A stretch of 64,000 nucleotides of DNA from Bacteroidetes bacterium GWF2_35_48. GTDB lineage: Bacteria; Bacteroidota; Bacteroidia; Bacteroidales; GWF2-35-48. The notes beneath the pieces were generated by a model. The model was given only the letters and a program-made list of their open reading frames with translations. It did no database searches and was not told where the DNA came from. The stretch is from positions 11,628-75,627 of the forward strand of contig MEOG01000132.1 in NCBI GenBank assembly GCA_001769125.1, in the 5' to 3' direction. The translations under genes were made by a program, and so were the position numbers. This document shows, piece by piece, positions 8,084-17,099 of the stretch. Each line of letters begins with the position of its first letter. Position 1 is the stretch's first letter.

Positions 8084-9889
8084 ATGACAAATTTATATAA
8101 TCTATCCAAAAATGAATTACTAAAAGAACTCTGGGCTTCTGATTTTAAAATAAGAGGTATTTTACGGCATTCTGTTAACCTTGCTGATGCGCGAGAAAAA
8201 ATACATCAATACCTTAATACACTTGAACGCCACTATTTCAGCATATATTCAGACAAGAAATTTCAAAAAATTCATATTGTTGAAAGGAACAATGCAAAAG
8301 AATGTATTCGGGTTTTGAAAAATATTATCCGTACAGAAAATGAGAAATTAACAGGCTTTTCTGCATTAAACAAATTATTTAAGCTTGCAAATAGCAATCA
8401 GAATACATTAGAAAAAATTTCAGAAGGTTTTATCGTGGAATTGATTCATTTGTTCAGGGGAATTAATGGTAAATCGGGCATTACAGATTCTGTTTTTATT
8501 CTTGAAGGAACTGATGAAGAAGCATCACAAAAAAGAACTGAAAAGCTTGACGAATATTCACAATATATTTACAAAAGAATATCACGATTTCGTTCGGGTT
8601 TAGCGCCTGAAATGGAAGATAAAAGAAAAAACCTTCAACAAAAAATCATTAATTATTTTAAAGCAACAGAAAGCGATTGGTTCGATTACAAGTGGCAGAT
8701 GCGGCATATTATTAAAGATATGAAAACACTTACCTCGCTTGTAGATTTGAATGAGGAAGAAAAAGCCGGTCTTGAAACTGCAAAAAAATACAACATTCCT
8801 TTTCAGATAACACCTTATTATTTATCACTTTTTAATGAAAAAGGTCTTGATTCAAAAGACAGAGCTGTAAGAACGTTAGTTTTACCATCTAAAAAGTATT
8901 GCAAGAATGTACATGAAAATTCACAGAAGCATAAAGATATGGATTTCATGGGCGAAAAATCAACAAGCCCTATTGAAGGCATTACACGGAGATATCCCCA
9001 TATTTTAATTTTGAAACCGTTTAACTCCTGCCCTCAGATATGCGTGTATTGTCAGCGCAACTGGGAAATTAAAGATATTGCTGACTCAAAATTTTCTTAT
9101 ACTATTTTGAATAATGCGCTTGAATGGATTCATAACAATAAAAATATAACTGAAGTTTTGGTTACAGGCGGCGACCCGCTCTGTCTGGGCAACAAGCAAA
9201 TCGGTGATATCCTTGAAAAACTTTCAAAATTTGACCATATAGAACGGATAAGAATAGGAACCCGTACACTTGTTACTTTGCCTTACAGAATTAACGATAG
9301 CTTTATTGAGCTTCTGAATAAATACAATGTTCCCGGCAGAAGAGAAGTGTGTATTATAACGCATTTTGAGCATTTCACAGAAATAACATCTGACGTTATT
9401 GATGCCGTTTCAAAAATCAGAAAAGCAGGAGTAAGTATTTACAATCAACAAGTATTTACCTATTATAACAGTTTCCGGTATGAAACGGCATATTTAAGAA
9501 AAATGCTGAAATTATCGGGTATTGATCCGTATTATACTTTCAATACAAAAGGGAAAGACGAGACAATAGATTTTCGTGTTCCAATTGCAAGAATAGAACA
9601 GGAGCGCAAAGAAGAAGCGCGGTTTTTACCCGGAATAGTCAGAACCGATGAGCCTGTTTTTAATTTGCCCAAACTTGGAAAATCGCATTTAAGAGCGTGG
9701 CAGGATCATGAGCCAATAATGATTCTCGATTCGGGAGAAAGAATATACCGTTTCTTTCCATGGGAGTCTAAAGTAACAATGGTAGAAGATTATCTTTACA
9801 AAGATGTTCCAATTTACAATTATTTGAAACGATTGCAATCTGATGGAGAAAATATTGAGGAATATGGCTCTATATGGTATTACTTTTGA
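8084..9889 (+). CDS. KamA-family (lysine 2,3-aminomutase-like) radical SAM protein with a ~190-aa N-terminal extension
   Basis: CxxxCxxC cluster motif SCPQICVYCQRNWE. KamA-type N-terminal signature DWFDYKWQMRH...IPFQITPYYLSLF begins only at about residue 197. VLVTGGDPL and YYTFNTKGKDETIDFRVP/LPKLGKSHL are KamA-like C-terminal blocks. Confidence 0.8.
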   Translation: MTNLYNLSKNELLKELWASDFKIRGILRHSVNLADAREKIHQYLNTLERHYFSIYSDKKFQKIHIVERNNAKECIRVLKNIIRTENEKLTGFSALNKLFKLANSNQNTLEKISEGFIVELIHLFRGINGKSGITDSVFILEGTDEEASQKRTEKLDEYSQYIYKRISRFRSGLAPEMEDKRKNLQQKIINYFKATESDWFDYKWQMRHIIKDMKTLTSLVDLNEEEKAGLETAKKYNIPFQITPYYLSLFNEKGLDSKDRAVRTLVLPSKKYCKNVHENSQKHKDMDFMGEKSTSPIEGITRRYPHILILKPFNSCPQICVYCQRNWEIKDIADSKFSYTILNNALEWIHNNKNITEVLVTGGDPLCLGNKQIGDILEKLSKFDHIERIRIGTRTLVTLPYRINDSFIELLNKYNVPGRREVCIITHFEHFTEITSDVIDAVSKIRKAGVSIYNQQVFTYYNSFRYETAYLRKMLKLSGIDPYYTFNTKGKDETIDFRVPIARIEQERKEEARFLPGIVRTDEPVFNLPKLGKSHLRAWQDHEPIMILDSGERIYRFFPWESKVTMVEDYLYKDVPIYNYLKRLQSDGENIEEYGSIWYYF

Positions 9890-9892
9890 TTA

Positions 9893-10678
9893 GTGTTAAG
9901 TTAAATATAATATGACGTATTAAGATAATATTTGTATCTTTGCAAAAAAAATATACAGATATGATAAAATACACCGTGAAATTAACAAAAGCCGAAGTGG
10001 ACGAATTAAATGCAATAATCAATAAAGGTTCTCACGCTTCGCACTCATTTAGGATTGCTTATATTTTATTAAATTGTGATGAGGGTAGGCACTCCAGCAA
10101 AGTAACAAATGAGCAAATAAGTAAAGTCCTGCGAGTAGGGATGAAAACTATTGATAGAGTAAAAAAACGTTTTATTGAAGATGGGTTTGAAGCTGTTTTA
10201 GAAAGGCGACCAACTCAACGCATTTATGAAAAAAAAGTCGATGGAGATATTGAAGCAAAAATAGTAACATTATGTTGTAGTGAACCACCCAAAGGATTTG
10301 CAAAATGGTCATTACGCTTACTTGCAGAAAAGATGGTAGAACTGGAATATATTGAGAATATTTCACATGTAAGCATAGGAAGTGTTTTAAAAAAAACGAA
10401 CTTAAGCCCTGGAAAGTCAAAGGATGGGTAATTCCACCTGAACAGAATAGCGAGTTTGTTGCAAATATGGAACGAGTATTAGATGTTTATAAAAGACCAT
10501 ATAATCCTGATAACCCAGTAGTATGCATGGATGAATCTCCAAAACAATTAATTGAAGAAGGACGCCTTTCAACGGCTATGAGACCGGGTCAGGAAACAAG
10601 AATTGATGCAGTTCAAAACAAAAGATGCAAGAATAAAATTAAAAAAACTTTATCCGTCAATTCATGATTAACTTACAC
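9893..10678 (+). mobile_element. IS630-family insertion sequence, internally deleted derivative (~786 bp)
   Basis: Imperfect terminal inverted repeats: gtgttaagtta (9893-9903) versus taacttacac (10669-10678). The element is flanked by TA (9891-9892) and TA (9679+1000=10679-10680), as expected for IS630/Tc1 TA target duplication. It encodes the N- and C-terminal parts of an IS630 transposase only. Confidence 0.75.
9961..10670 (+). pseudogene. IS630-family transposase remnant: HTH N-terminal part, A8 slippery frameshift site, DDE core deleted
   Basis: The HTH region MIKYTVKLTKAEVDELNAIINKG... runs to an aaaaaaaa run at ~10389-10396. After it the -1 frame reads KKNELKPWKVKGWVIPPEQNSEFVANMERVLDVYKRPYNPDNPVVCMDESPKQL, the IS630 signature. 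Homology breaks near 10608. A third frame then gives the canonical C-terminus FKTKDARIKLKKLYPSIHD*. The catalytic DDE region is missing. Confidence 0.75.
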
Positions 10679-10773
10679 TAGTTAATTTTTTTAATTTATG
10701 ATGGTTTATATAAACCTGAGTGTGTGTATCCCAAATAGAAAACACAACATAGATTTCCTACACTAGCCCATAT

Positions 10774-12399
10774 CTACTTCATATAAGGATAACGGAAATC
10801 AGTTGCAGGTAAAAATGTTTCTTTAATAGTTCTTGGGCTTATCCATCTTAATAGATTTAGATAGCTTCCTGCTTTGTCGTTTGTCCCGGATGCCCTTGCT
10901 CCACCGAATGGTTGTTGTCCGATCATTGCGCCGGATGGTTTATCGTTAATATAAAAATTCCCGGCAGAGTATCTAAGAATTTTACAAGCCTGAATCATGG
11001 CATATTTATCGTTTGAGAAAATCGCTCCTGTCAATGCGTAAGGAGATGTGTTGTCGCATATTATTAATGTTTTTTCATATTCTTTATCTTCATAAACATA
11101 AATGGTTATAACTGGTCCGAAAATTTCTTCTTCCATGGTAATAAAATAGGGATTGGTAGTAACCAAAACTGTTGGTTTGATAAAATAACCGTTGGATTTA
11201 TCGCCTTCTCCCCCTATAAGGATTTCAGCCTCGGAAGAGTTTTTAACTATATGAATATAGTTCATTATTCTGTCGAAAGAATTTTCATCAATAACGGCAT
11301 TTACAAAGTTGTTGAAATCTCTTACATCACCGATTTTCATTTCAGAAACCATTTCAATCATGATTTTCTTTGTTTCATTCCATAAAGATTTTGGAATATA
11401 AACCCTTGATGTCGCAGAACATTTTTGTCCCTGGTACTCAAACCCGCCACGAACAATTGCCACTGCAAGTTCAAGCGGATTGGCGGAATTATGAGCAAAA
11501 ATAAAATCTTTACCACCTGTTTCACCGACAAGTTTCGGGAACGATCTGTACATGCCCACATTATCACTTGTTGTTTTCCATAAAGAGTTAAAAGTTTTGG
11601 TTGATCCTGTAAAATGAATCCCAGCGAGTTCTTTCCTGTTTAAAACAACATTGCTAATTAACGAACCAGAGCCGGGCACAAAATTTATAGCACCATCAGG
11701 CAGCCCTGCTTCATGAAATATTCTCATCAGGTAATAATTCGACAGCAAAGCTGTTGTGGCAGGTTTCCAGACAGTAGTGTTCCCCATCACTGACACGGAA
11801 GCATTGAGATTAGAGGCAATCGCTGTGAAATTAAATGGTGAAATTGTGTAAATGAATCCTTCAAGCGGACGGTATTCAAGCCGGTTAATATTATCAACAC
11901 CTGATGATGGTTGTTCACTATAAATTTGCGAAACATAATATGCATTAAACCTTAAATAGTCAATAACTTCACATGCTGCATCAATTTCAGCTTGAAAAGC
12001 ATTTTTGCCTTGACCGAGCATCGTGGCAGCATTAAGTAAAAATCTATATTTCTTTGAAATGAGGTCAGCTGCTTTATACATGATAGAGGAACGTTCAACC
12101 CAGGAAAGATTCATCCAGCTTTCTTTTGCTTTTAGCGCTTCTGCAACAGCAAGATTTACTTCTTTTTCAGTCGCCAGATGATAGGTTGCAAGAATATGAC
12201 CATGATTATGGGGCATTACGACCGTTCCAGTTTTTCCTGTTTTTATTTCTTTTCCACCGATGATTAACGGGATTTCAATTTGATCTGAACTTTGCCTGTC
12301 AAGTTCTTTTTCAAGCATTTTCCTTTCTACGCTACCGGGCAAATAACCAAGCATTTCTTCATTCTGCGGTTCTTTAAAATGATATACTGCATTATTCAT
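10774..12399 (-). CDS. pruA: L-glutamate gamma-semialdehyde (1-pyrroline-5-carboxylate) dehydrogenase
   Basis: 541-aa aldehyde dehydrogenase. Catalytic blocks LVGETGGKD and EYQGQKCSATSR. N-terminus and length are typical of Bacteroidota PruA. Confidence 0.9.
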   Translation of the reverse strand: MNNAVYHFKEPQNEEMLGYLPGSVERKMLEKELDRQSSDQIEIPLIIGGKEIKTGKTGTVVMPHNHGHILATYHLATEKEVNLAVAEALKAKESWMNLSWVERSSIMYKAADLISKKYRFLLNAATMLGQGKNAFQAEIDAACEVIDYLRFNAYYVSQIYSEQPSSGVDNINRLEYRPLEGFIYTISPFNFTAIASNLNASVSVMGNTTVWKPATTALLSNYYLMRIFHEAGLPDGAINFVPGSGSLISNVVLNRKELAGIHFTGSTKTFNSLWKTTSDNVGMYRSFPKLVGETGGKDFIFAHNSANPLELAVAIVRGGFEYQGQKCSATSRVYIPKSLWNETKKIMIEMVSEMKIGDVRDFNNFVNAVIDENSFDRIMNYIHIVKNSSEAEILIGGEGDKSNGYFIKPTVLVTTNPYFITMEEEIFGPVITIYVYEDKEYEKTLIICDNTSPYALTGAIFSNDKYAMIQACKILRYSAGNFYINDKPSGAMIGQQPFGGARASGTNDKAGSYLNLLRWISPRTIKETFLPATDFRYPYMK

Positions 12400-12735
12400 A
12401 ATAGTTTGTTGTTAAGTGAAATGCTCAAAATAATTTCCCTAAAGTTAAGGATAAATTCTGTAATTTAATTCAGGTATTTGCGGGTAATAAACAATCCGCT
12501 TATCATCAATTTCTTCTTTTTAACCTTGATACCTGTTTTATTATCTTTAAGATTAAGCCTTACTTCAACAAAAAGACCAGTATTTGTTGCTGTATTTTCT
12601 ATAAGTTTTTGAACTGTTTTGTAATCAGAAAATTCAACCTTACAAAAATATCATCAACAAGTTTTTCAACAATTCATAAAATCATTTGTCTGATAAAAAG
12701 GAATTGAGTTTCTTTGAGGCAAGAATTTTTTTGGT

Positions 12736-13857
12736 ATGCTTTTTAAAGAAGTTATTGGACAAAATGAAATTAAAAAACGACTGATACGCTCTGTGAACGA
12801 GGGTCGCATCAGCCATGCGCAGCTTTTTATCGGACCTGTTGGTACCGGTAAACTTTCTCTTGCAATTGCTTATGCACAATACATTTCCTGTGAAAACAAA
12901 CAAGAAAGCGATTCGTGTGGGGAATGCCCTTCCTGCCATAAATACAATAAATTGATTCATCCCGACTTGCATTTTGTTTTTCCTGTAATAAAAAGCGGAT
13001 CAGACAAAGGATTAAGCGATGTCTTTATAGATAAATGGCGTGAAGCAATTCTGGAAAATCCGTATATATCGCCTTCAGAATGGTACAAAAAAATCGGAGC
13101 TGAAAAAAAACAAGCAATAATATATTCAGAAGAGTCGGAAAATATTATTCACAAACTTAATTTCAAAACATTCGAAAGTGAATATAAAATTATGATTATC
13201 TGGCTTGCTGAAAAAATGAATGTACAAGGCGCCAATAAACTTTTAAAAATAATTGAAGAACCACCACCAAAAACCATTTTCATTCTCATTTCCGAAGAAC
13301 CAGACCAACTACTTCAGACAATTCTATCGCGGACACAACTCATAAAACTCCCACGAATTGATGATGAAAGCCTTATGGCAAAACTGAAATCAGATTTTTC
13401 ACTATCGGAAGAAGTAGCTATAAACATTGCCCGCATATCAAATGGCAGTTATAACGATGCATTAAACAATTTTCAATCTTCTGAAGAAACAATTTTCAAT
13501 TTTGAGCAATTTGTTTCAATAATGCGTGCAAGCTATGGATTAAAAATGACTGAAATTCAGAAATGGGTCAGCGATATGGCAGAAATCGGAAGAGGACGGC
13601 AAAAAAACTTTTTCATTTACGCGCTTAGAATGCTTCGTGAAAATTATGTGCAGAATTTAAAAGTAACAAACCTGAATTACATGACAAAAGAAGAACAGGA
13701 ATTTTCAGATAGATTTTCAACTTTTGTACATAGGGGAAATATTGAAGATATTACAAAAGAAATAAACACTGCCATTTTTCATATAGATCGTAACGGAGCC
13801 GCAAGAATTATTTTTACAGATCTGGCACTGAAGCTGCACAGGTTGCTACGACGGTAA
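12736..13857 (+). CDS. holB: DNA polymerase III subunit delta'
   Basis: HAQLFIGPVGTGKLSLAIAYAQYISC Walker-like block, zinc module CGECPSCHK, and SRTQ sensor motif (LSRTQLIKL). Confidence 0.9.
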   Translation: MLFKEVIGQNEIKKRLIRSVNEGRISHAQLFIGPVGTGKLSLAIAYAQYISCENKQESDSCGECPSCHKYNKLIHPDLHFVFPVIKSGSDKGLSDVFIDKWREAILENPYISPSEWYKKIGAEKKQAIIYSEESENIIHKLNFKTFESEYKIMIIWLAEKMNVQGANKLLKIIEEPPPKTIFILISEEPDQLLQTILSRTQLIKLPRIDDESLMAKLKSDFSLSEEVAINIARISNGSYNDALNNFQSSEETIFNFEQFVSIMRASYGLKMTEIQKWVSDMAEIGRGRQKNFFIYALRMLRENYVQNLKVTNLNYMTKEEQEFSDRFSTFVHRGNIEDITKEINTAIFHIDRNGAARIIFTDLALKLHRLLRR

Positions 13858-14145
13858 CCTTGACTTCGACTCCCTGCCTACCGGACAGGCAGGCGCTCAG
13901 TCTACGGTCTAACCTGCAACCTGCAACAACTTTTCAACCTTAGTGAATTTTAGTGTCCTTAGTGACCCTGCCGGCCAAGCACTTTCTTAAAGGGCAGGCT
14001 GGTTAGTGGTAAAATTTAACTCAATATCCAACCTGCAACCTACAACAATATTTCAATCTTAGTGAATCTTAGTGTCCTTAGTGGCTTAGTGGTAAAATTT
14101 AACATTCAACATTCAACATCCAACATCCAACCTGCAACCTAAAGG
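13858..14145. repeat. Mosaic of short intergenic repeat modules: one GC-rich hairpin unit plus two tandem ~110-130 bp 'ctgcaac/cttagtg' units
   Basis: 13858-13908 (ccttgacttcgactccctgcctaccggacaggcaggcgctcagtctacggt) recurs inverted at 48540-48612. Two units have the structure aacctgcaac(n)-cttagtgaa.cttagtgtccttagtg(gcttagtg)gtaaaatttaac-...ccaacctgcaacc, at ~13909-14040 and ~14028-14140. The first is interrupted by a ccctgcc..gggcagg hairpin. A third copy lies at 22003-22112. Confidence 0.8.
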
Positions 14146-16014
14146 CTAAGCCATTTGAGTATAACCATCCCTGCGAACCAATAAAGCTGACTCATAAACA
14201 TCCTGCACATCCTGAATTTTCAAAACCATCAGCGATTTTACAATTCTTTTTGCCACATCGGAAACCGAAAGAATTTTTTCCTGCCCGATACTTAACATTG
14301 CGCTATATTTTTGCTTGTCATCTAATTTATCTGCCATACCCCCGTCAATTATTCCCGGCATGTAATAAATACTTTTCGTCCCATTACTTTGCGCTTCATA
14401 AGAAAAACTGGCTGCAAATCCGTGCAAACCACGCTTTGCCTGCACGTACGCAGAAGAACCTGAAAACTGTGCATCCTCTGCTACCGAACCAACATAAAGA
14501 ATTGTTTGCGAAATTTTTTCTTTTAATTTCTTCGTGATTTTAACAGGAATGTGCTGATTAATTTCTGCCACAAATTTCACTTCTTCTTCACTCACATCTC
14601 CTGCACGCGACAAACTCCCTGTAACAGCGGCTGTATGAATTAAAAAATTAATTTTCTCCGAAAGCAAATTTAAAGAATTCAGGAGTTGCTCAACCTGTTC
14701 TTCTTTGGTGAAATCTGCCTGATAAAAAGTATAGCTTGCTTTCAGTTCTTTTAATTGCGCTTCTAATGCATTTGCTTTTTCGCATCCTGAATTAAAATGG
14801 AGCAAGAGCTGACAGCCTTTTTTAGCAAGTCCCAGTGCTACCGCGGTTCCCAGTGCTCCAGAGCAGCCTGTAACAAATGCAATTTTTCCCTGCATATCTT
14901 TTGTGGCTGCAAATGAATTAGCTTTTTCTTTTAAAGACTTTTGAACTTTATATGTATACGCACCAAATTCCCCTCCCAATCCCGCTGTACCCGTAAGAAT
15001 TTTCATTCCCGGAAGCAGTTTTCCGGATTTTTTCAGCAATGTTAAACCCAATGGAATAGACGCTCCTGAAAGGTTTCCATGATTTAACTGTACCTCCTGA
15101 TATGTTTTTTCAAGCGGAAAATTTAAACTTTCTGCAACACCATGAACAATGGCATTCCCTGTCTGATGCGGTACAAATAAATCAATATCTTCAATGTTCC
15201 ATTCTGCTTTACCCAACACTTCTTTAACAGCAGATACAATATTTACAGTTGCCCTGTTTTTAACGATACCTGCATCCATATATAAATCGCCCTGCTTTGT
15301 TGCCCCCAGAAAATCTATCATCTGCAAATCTTCATGGTTTGTGATGCTTAAAACGCCCTCTGCTTCTGCTCCTTCTTTTCGTGAGAACACAATTGCAGCT
15401 GCTGCATCTGCAAACGTAACAAAGGGAACAAAATCTGTTTTCCGTTGTAAAAGGGCAGACATGACCTCTGTATGCGCTATCACAATATGTTTTGCTTCAG
15501 GATGGCATTTAAAAAATTCAATTGCCCTCTGAATATTTATGTTAGACCCAACGCACGCTGATGTTACGGTTGTTGTAGGGCAAATATTTTCTTCATTTAC
15601 AAAATAACATTTCAGAGTTGCAGCAAGCCCGGGTGCTTGCTCGTGCGGAGTTGCAGTACTTACAAACCATGCATCTATTTCCTCAGAATGTATACCTGAA
15701 TCCTCAAACGCATTTTCAACTGCTCTTACTGCAAGATGCAATGAGTTTTCTGCTGCAGCTAATTTTGTTTTAGTTGGAGGAAAAGGGACTACATGATTCC
15801 GGCTTCTGAAGCCCATTTTGTGTTCTGCAAAATATTTAAAAGGACTTACCCCCGGGTTTGTTTTCAAAAAAGATTGATATGACTTACTCTCTTTTATCCT
15901 GTCGCCAGAAAAATTTCTGAGATATCCATTTCTAACCGCAATTTCAAGATCGTCATTTGTAATAACAAATTTTCCTAATGCGTGTCCAAAGCCTGAAAAT
16001 ATATAGTTTTCCAT
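14146..16014 (-). CDS. Fusion protein: KAS III (FabH-like 3-oxoacyl-ACP synthase III) N-terminal domain plus SDR ketoreductase-like C-terminal domain
   Basis: KAS III triad context: TSACVGSNI (Cys), VPHQTGNAIV (His), LNHGNLSGASIP (Asn). The SDR half has VTGCSGALGTAVA (TGxxxGxG) and YVQAK (YxxxK). I place the start at the ATG (MENYIFSG, 16014) rather than the TTG at 16041 used by the ORF track. Confidence 0.8.
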   Translation of the reverse strand: MENYIFSGFGHALGKFVITNDDLEIAVRNGYLRNFSGDRIKESKSYQSFLKTNPGVSPFKYFAEHKMGFRSRNHVVPFPPTKTKLAAAENSLHLAVRAVENAFEDSGIHSEEIDAWFVSTATPHEQAPGLAATLKCYFVNEENICPTTTVTSACVGSNINIQRAIEFFKCHPEAKHIVIAHTEVMSALLQRKTDFVPFVTFADAAAAIVFSRKEGAEAEGVLSITNHEDLQMIDFLGATKQGDLYMDAGIVKNRATVNIVSAVKEVLGKAEWNIEDIDLFVPHQTGNAIVHGVAESLNFPLEKTYQEVQLNHGNLSGASIPLGLTLLKKSGKLLPGMKILTGTAGLGGEFGAYTYKVQKSLKEKANSFAATKDMQGKIAFVTGCSGALGTAVALGLAKKGCQLLLHFNSGCEKANALEAQLKELKASYTFYQADFTKEEQVEQLLNSLNLLSEKINFLIHTAAVTGSLSRAGDVSEEEVKFVAEINQHIPVKITKKLKEKISQTILYVGSVAEDAQFSGSSAYVQAKRGLHGFAASFSYEAQSNGTKSIYYMPGIIDGGMADKLDDKQKYSAMLSIGQEKILSVSDVAKRIVKSLMVLKIQDVQDVYESALLVRRDGYTQMA

Positions 16015-16077
16015 CAATACTATTTTATAAATATTCCGCAAAATAAGGAAAAATTTTGCAAGCTGTTACCGAAAGCT

Positions 16078-16085
16078 TACTTTTG
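16078..16085 (+). promoter_or_regulatory. Candidate -7 box TACTTTTG upstream of metF
   Basis: Matches the Bacteroidota TAnnTTTG consensus, ~19 nt upstream of the ATG at 16104. Confidence 0.35.
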
Positions 16086-16103
16086 TAGTTTAAAAATTTA
16101 TAT

Positions 16104-17060
16104 ATGAAAATTGTAGACTTACTAAATGCATCTGAAAAAACCCGTTTTTCTTTTGAGCTCCTTCCTCCGCTTAAAGGAAATGACATCAACACTATTTATA
16201 TGACCATTGATCCTTTGCTGGAATTCAATCCTGCTTACATAAATATTACCTATCATCAGGAAGAAATTATTTATAAAAAACACAGCAGCGGATTGCTTGA
16301 AAAAAAAACAGTACGCAAGCGTCCGGGAACCGTAGCAATTTCGGCAGCTATAAAATACAGATTCAAAGATGTGCTTGTAGTTCCCCATATTATCTGCGGC
16401 GGTTTCACAAAGGAAGAAACCGAGAATGCGCTTATAGACCTTGAGTTTCTCGGAATAAACAATATACTGGTAGTGCGTGGCGATCCGGAAAAATCGCAAA
16501 AGGTATTTACTCCTGAACCAGACGGGCACAAGCACTCTGTAGATCTTCTCAAGCAAATTATTTCCATGAATCAGGGAAAATACCTCGACGAAGAATTATT
16601 AAATTCAACACCTACTGATTTCTCGGTTGGCGTTGCAGGTTACCCCGAAAAACATTGCGAAGCGCCTAATATGAATACCGATTTATTTTTCCTCAAACAA
16701 AAAATAAATGCCGGCGCTGAATTTATTGTTACACAAATGTTTTTTGACAATAAAAAATACTTTGACTTTGTTGCAAAATGCAGGGAAATAGGAATCAACG
16801 TGCCCATCATTCCCGGAATAAAACCTCTGTCTGTAAGAAGCCAGATAAGCGCACTGCCTTTTACATTCCACATTGATGTTCCGGAAGATCTCGTAAAAGA
16901 AGTTATAAAATGCAAAGACAATGAAGCAGTAAGACAGGTTGGCGTTGAGTGGACCATCGCTCAATCGAAAGAACTTATCAAATCCGGTGCGCCTGCCGTA
17001 CATTATTTTACAATGGGAAAACCGGATAATATTCAGAAAATAGCAAAGGAAGTGTTTTAA
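16104..17060 (+). CDS. metF: Methylenetetrahydrofolate reductase
   Basis: FSFELLPPLKG N-terminal signature, ~318 aa, with MetF-like blocks (ILVVRGD, GYPEKH, FIVTQMFFD). Confidence 0.9.
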   Translation: MKIVDLLNASEKTRFSFELLPPLKGNDINTIYMTIDPLLEFNPAYINITYHQEEIIYKKHSSGLLEKKTVRKRPGTVAISAAIKYRFKDVLVVPHIICGGFTKEETENALIDLEFLGINNILVVRGDPEKSQKVFTPEPDGHKHSVDLLKQIISMNQGKYLDEELLNSTPTDFSVGVAGYPEKHCEAPNMNTDLFFLKQKINAGAEFIVTQMFFDNKKYFDFVAKCREIGINVPIIPGIKPLSVRSQISALPFTFHIDVPEDLVKEVIKCKDNEAVRQVGVEWTIAQSKELIKSGAPAVHYFTMGKPDNIQKIAKEVF

Positions 17061-17064
17061 TTTT

Positions 17065-17072
17065 TATATTTG
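17065..17072 (+). promoter_or_regulatory. Candidate -7 box TATATTTG upstream of the TPR-PP2C gene pair
   Basis: Matches TAnnTTTG, ~28 nt upstream of the ATG at 17100. Confidence 0.35.
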
Positions 17073-17099
17073 TGCCAACAACAAGAATAAAAACAACTC

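Noticed and set aside
9940-9960. TTG, GTG or other upstream starts used by the ORF track for several genes (9940, 16041, 40221, 40305, 45778, 60036, 60128)
   Set aside because: In each case an in-frame ATG a few codons downstream gives the conserved N-terminus or signal peptide. The upstream extension adds only non-conserved residues.
12465-12680. Possible decayed small gene on the minus strand between pruA and holB (frames give VEKLVDDIF.. and ..FSDYKTVQKLIENTATNTGLFVEVRLNLKDNKTGIKVKK..)
   Set aside because: It needs at least one frameshift. The only ATG is followed by a stop after three codons (MNC*). I cannot assign the fragments to a family, so it is noted only as a potential pseudogene remnant.
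16122-17003. Four minus-strand ORFs (98-144 aa) overlapping metF
   Set aside because: metF is strongly supported on the plus strand. The antisense ORFs have no recognisable motifs and overlap each other.
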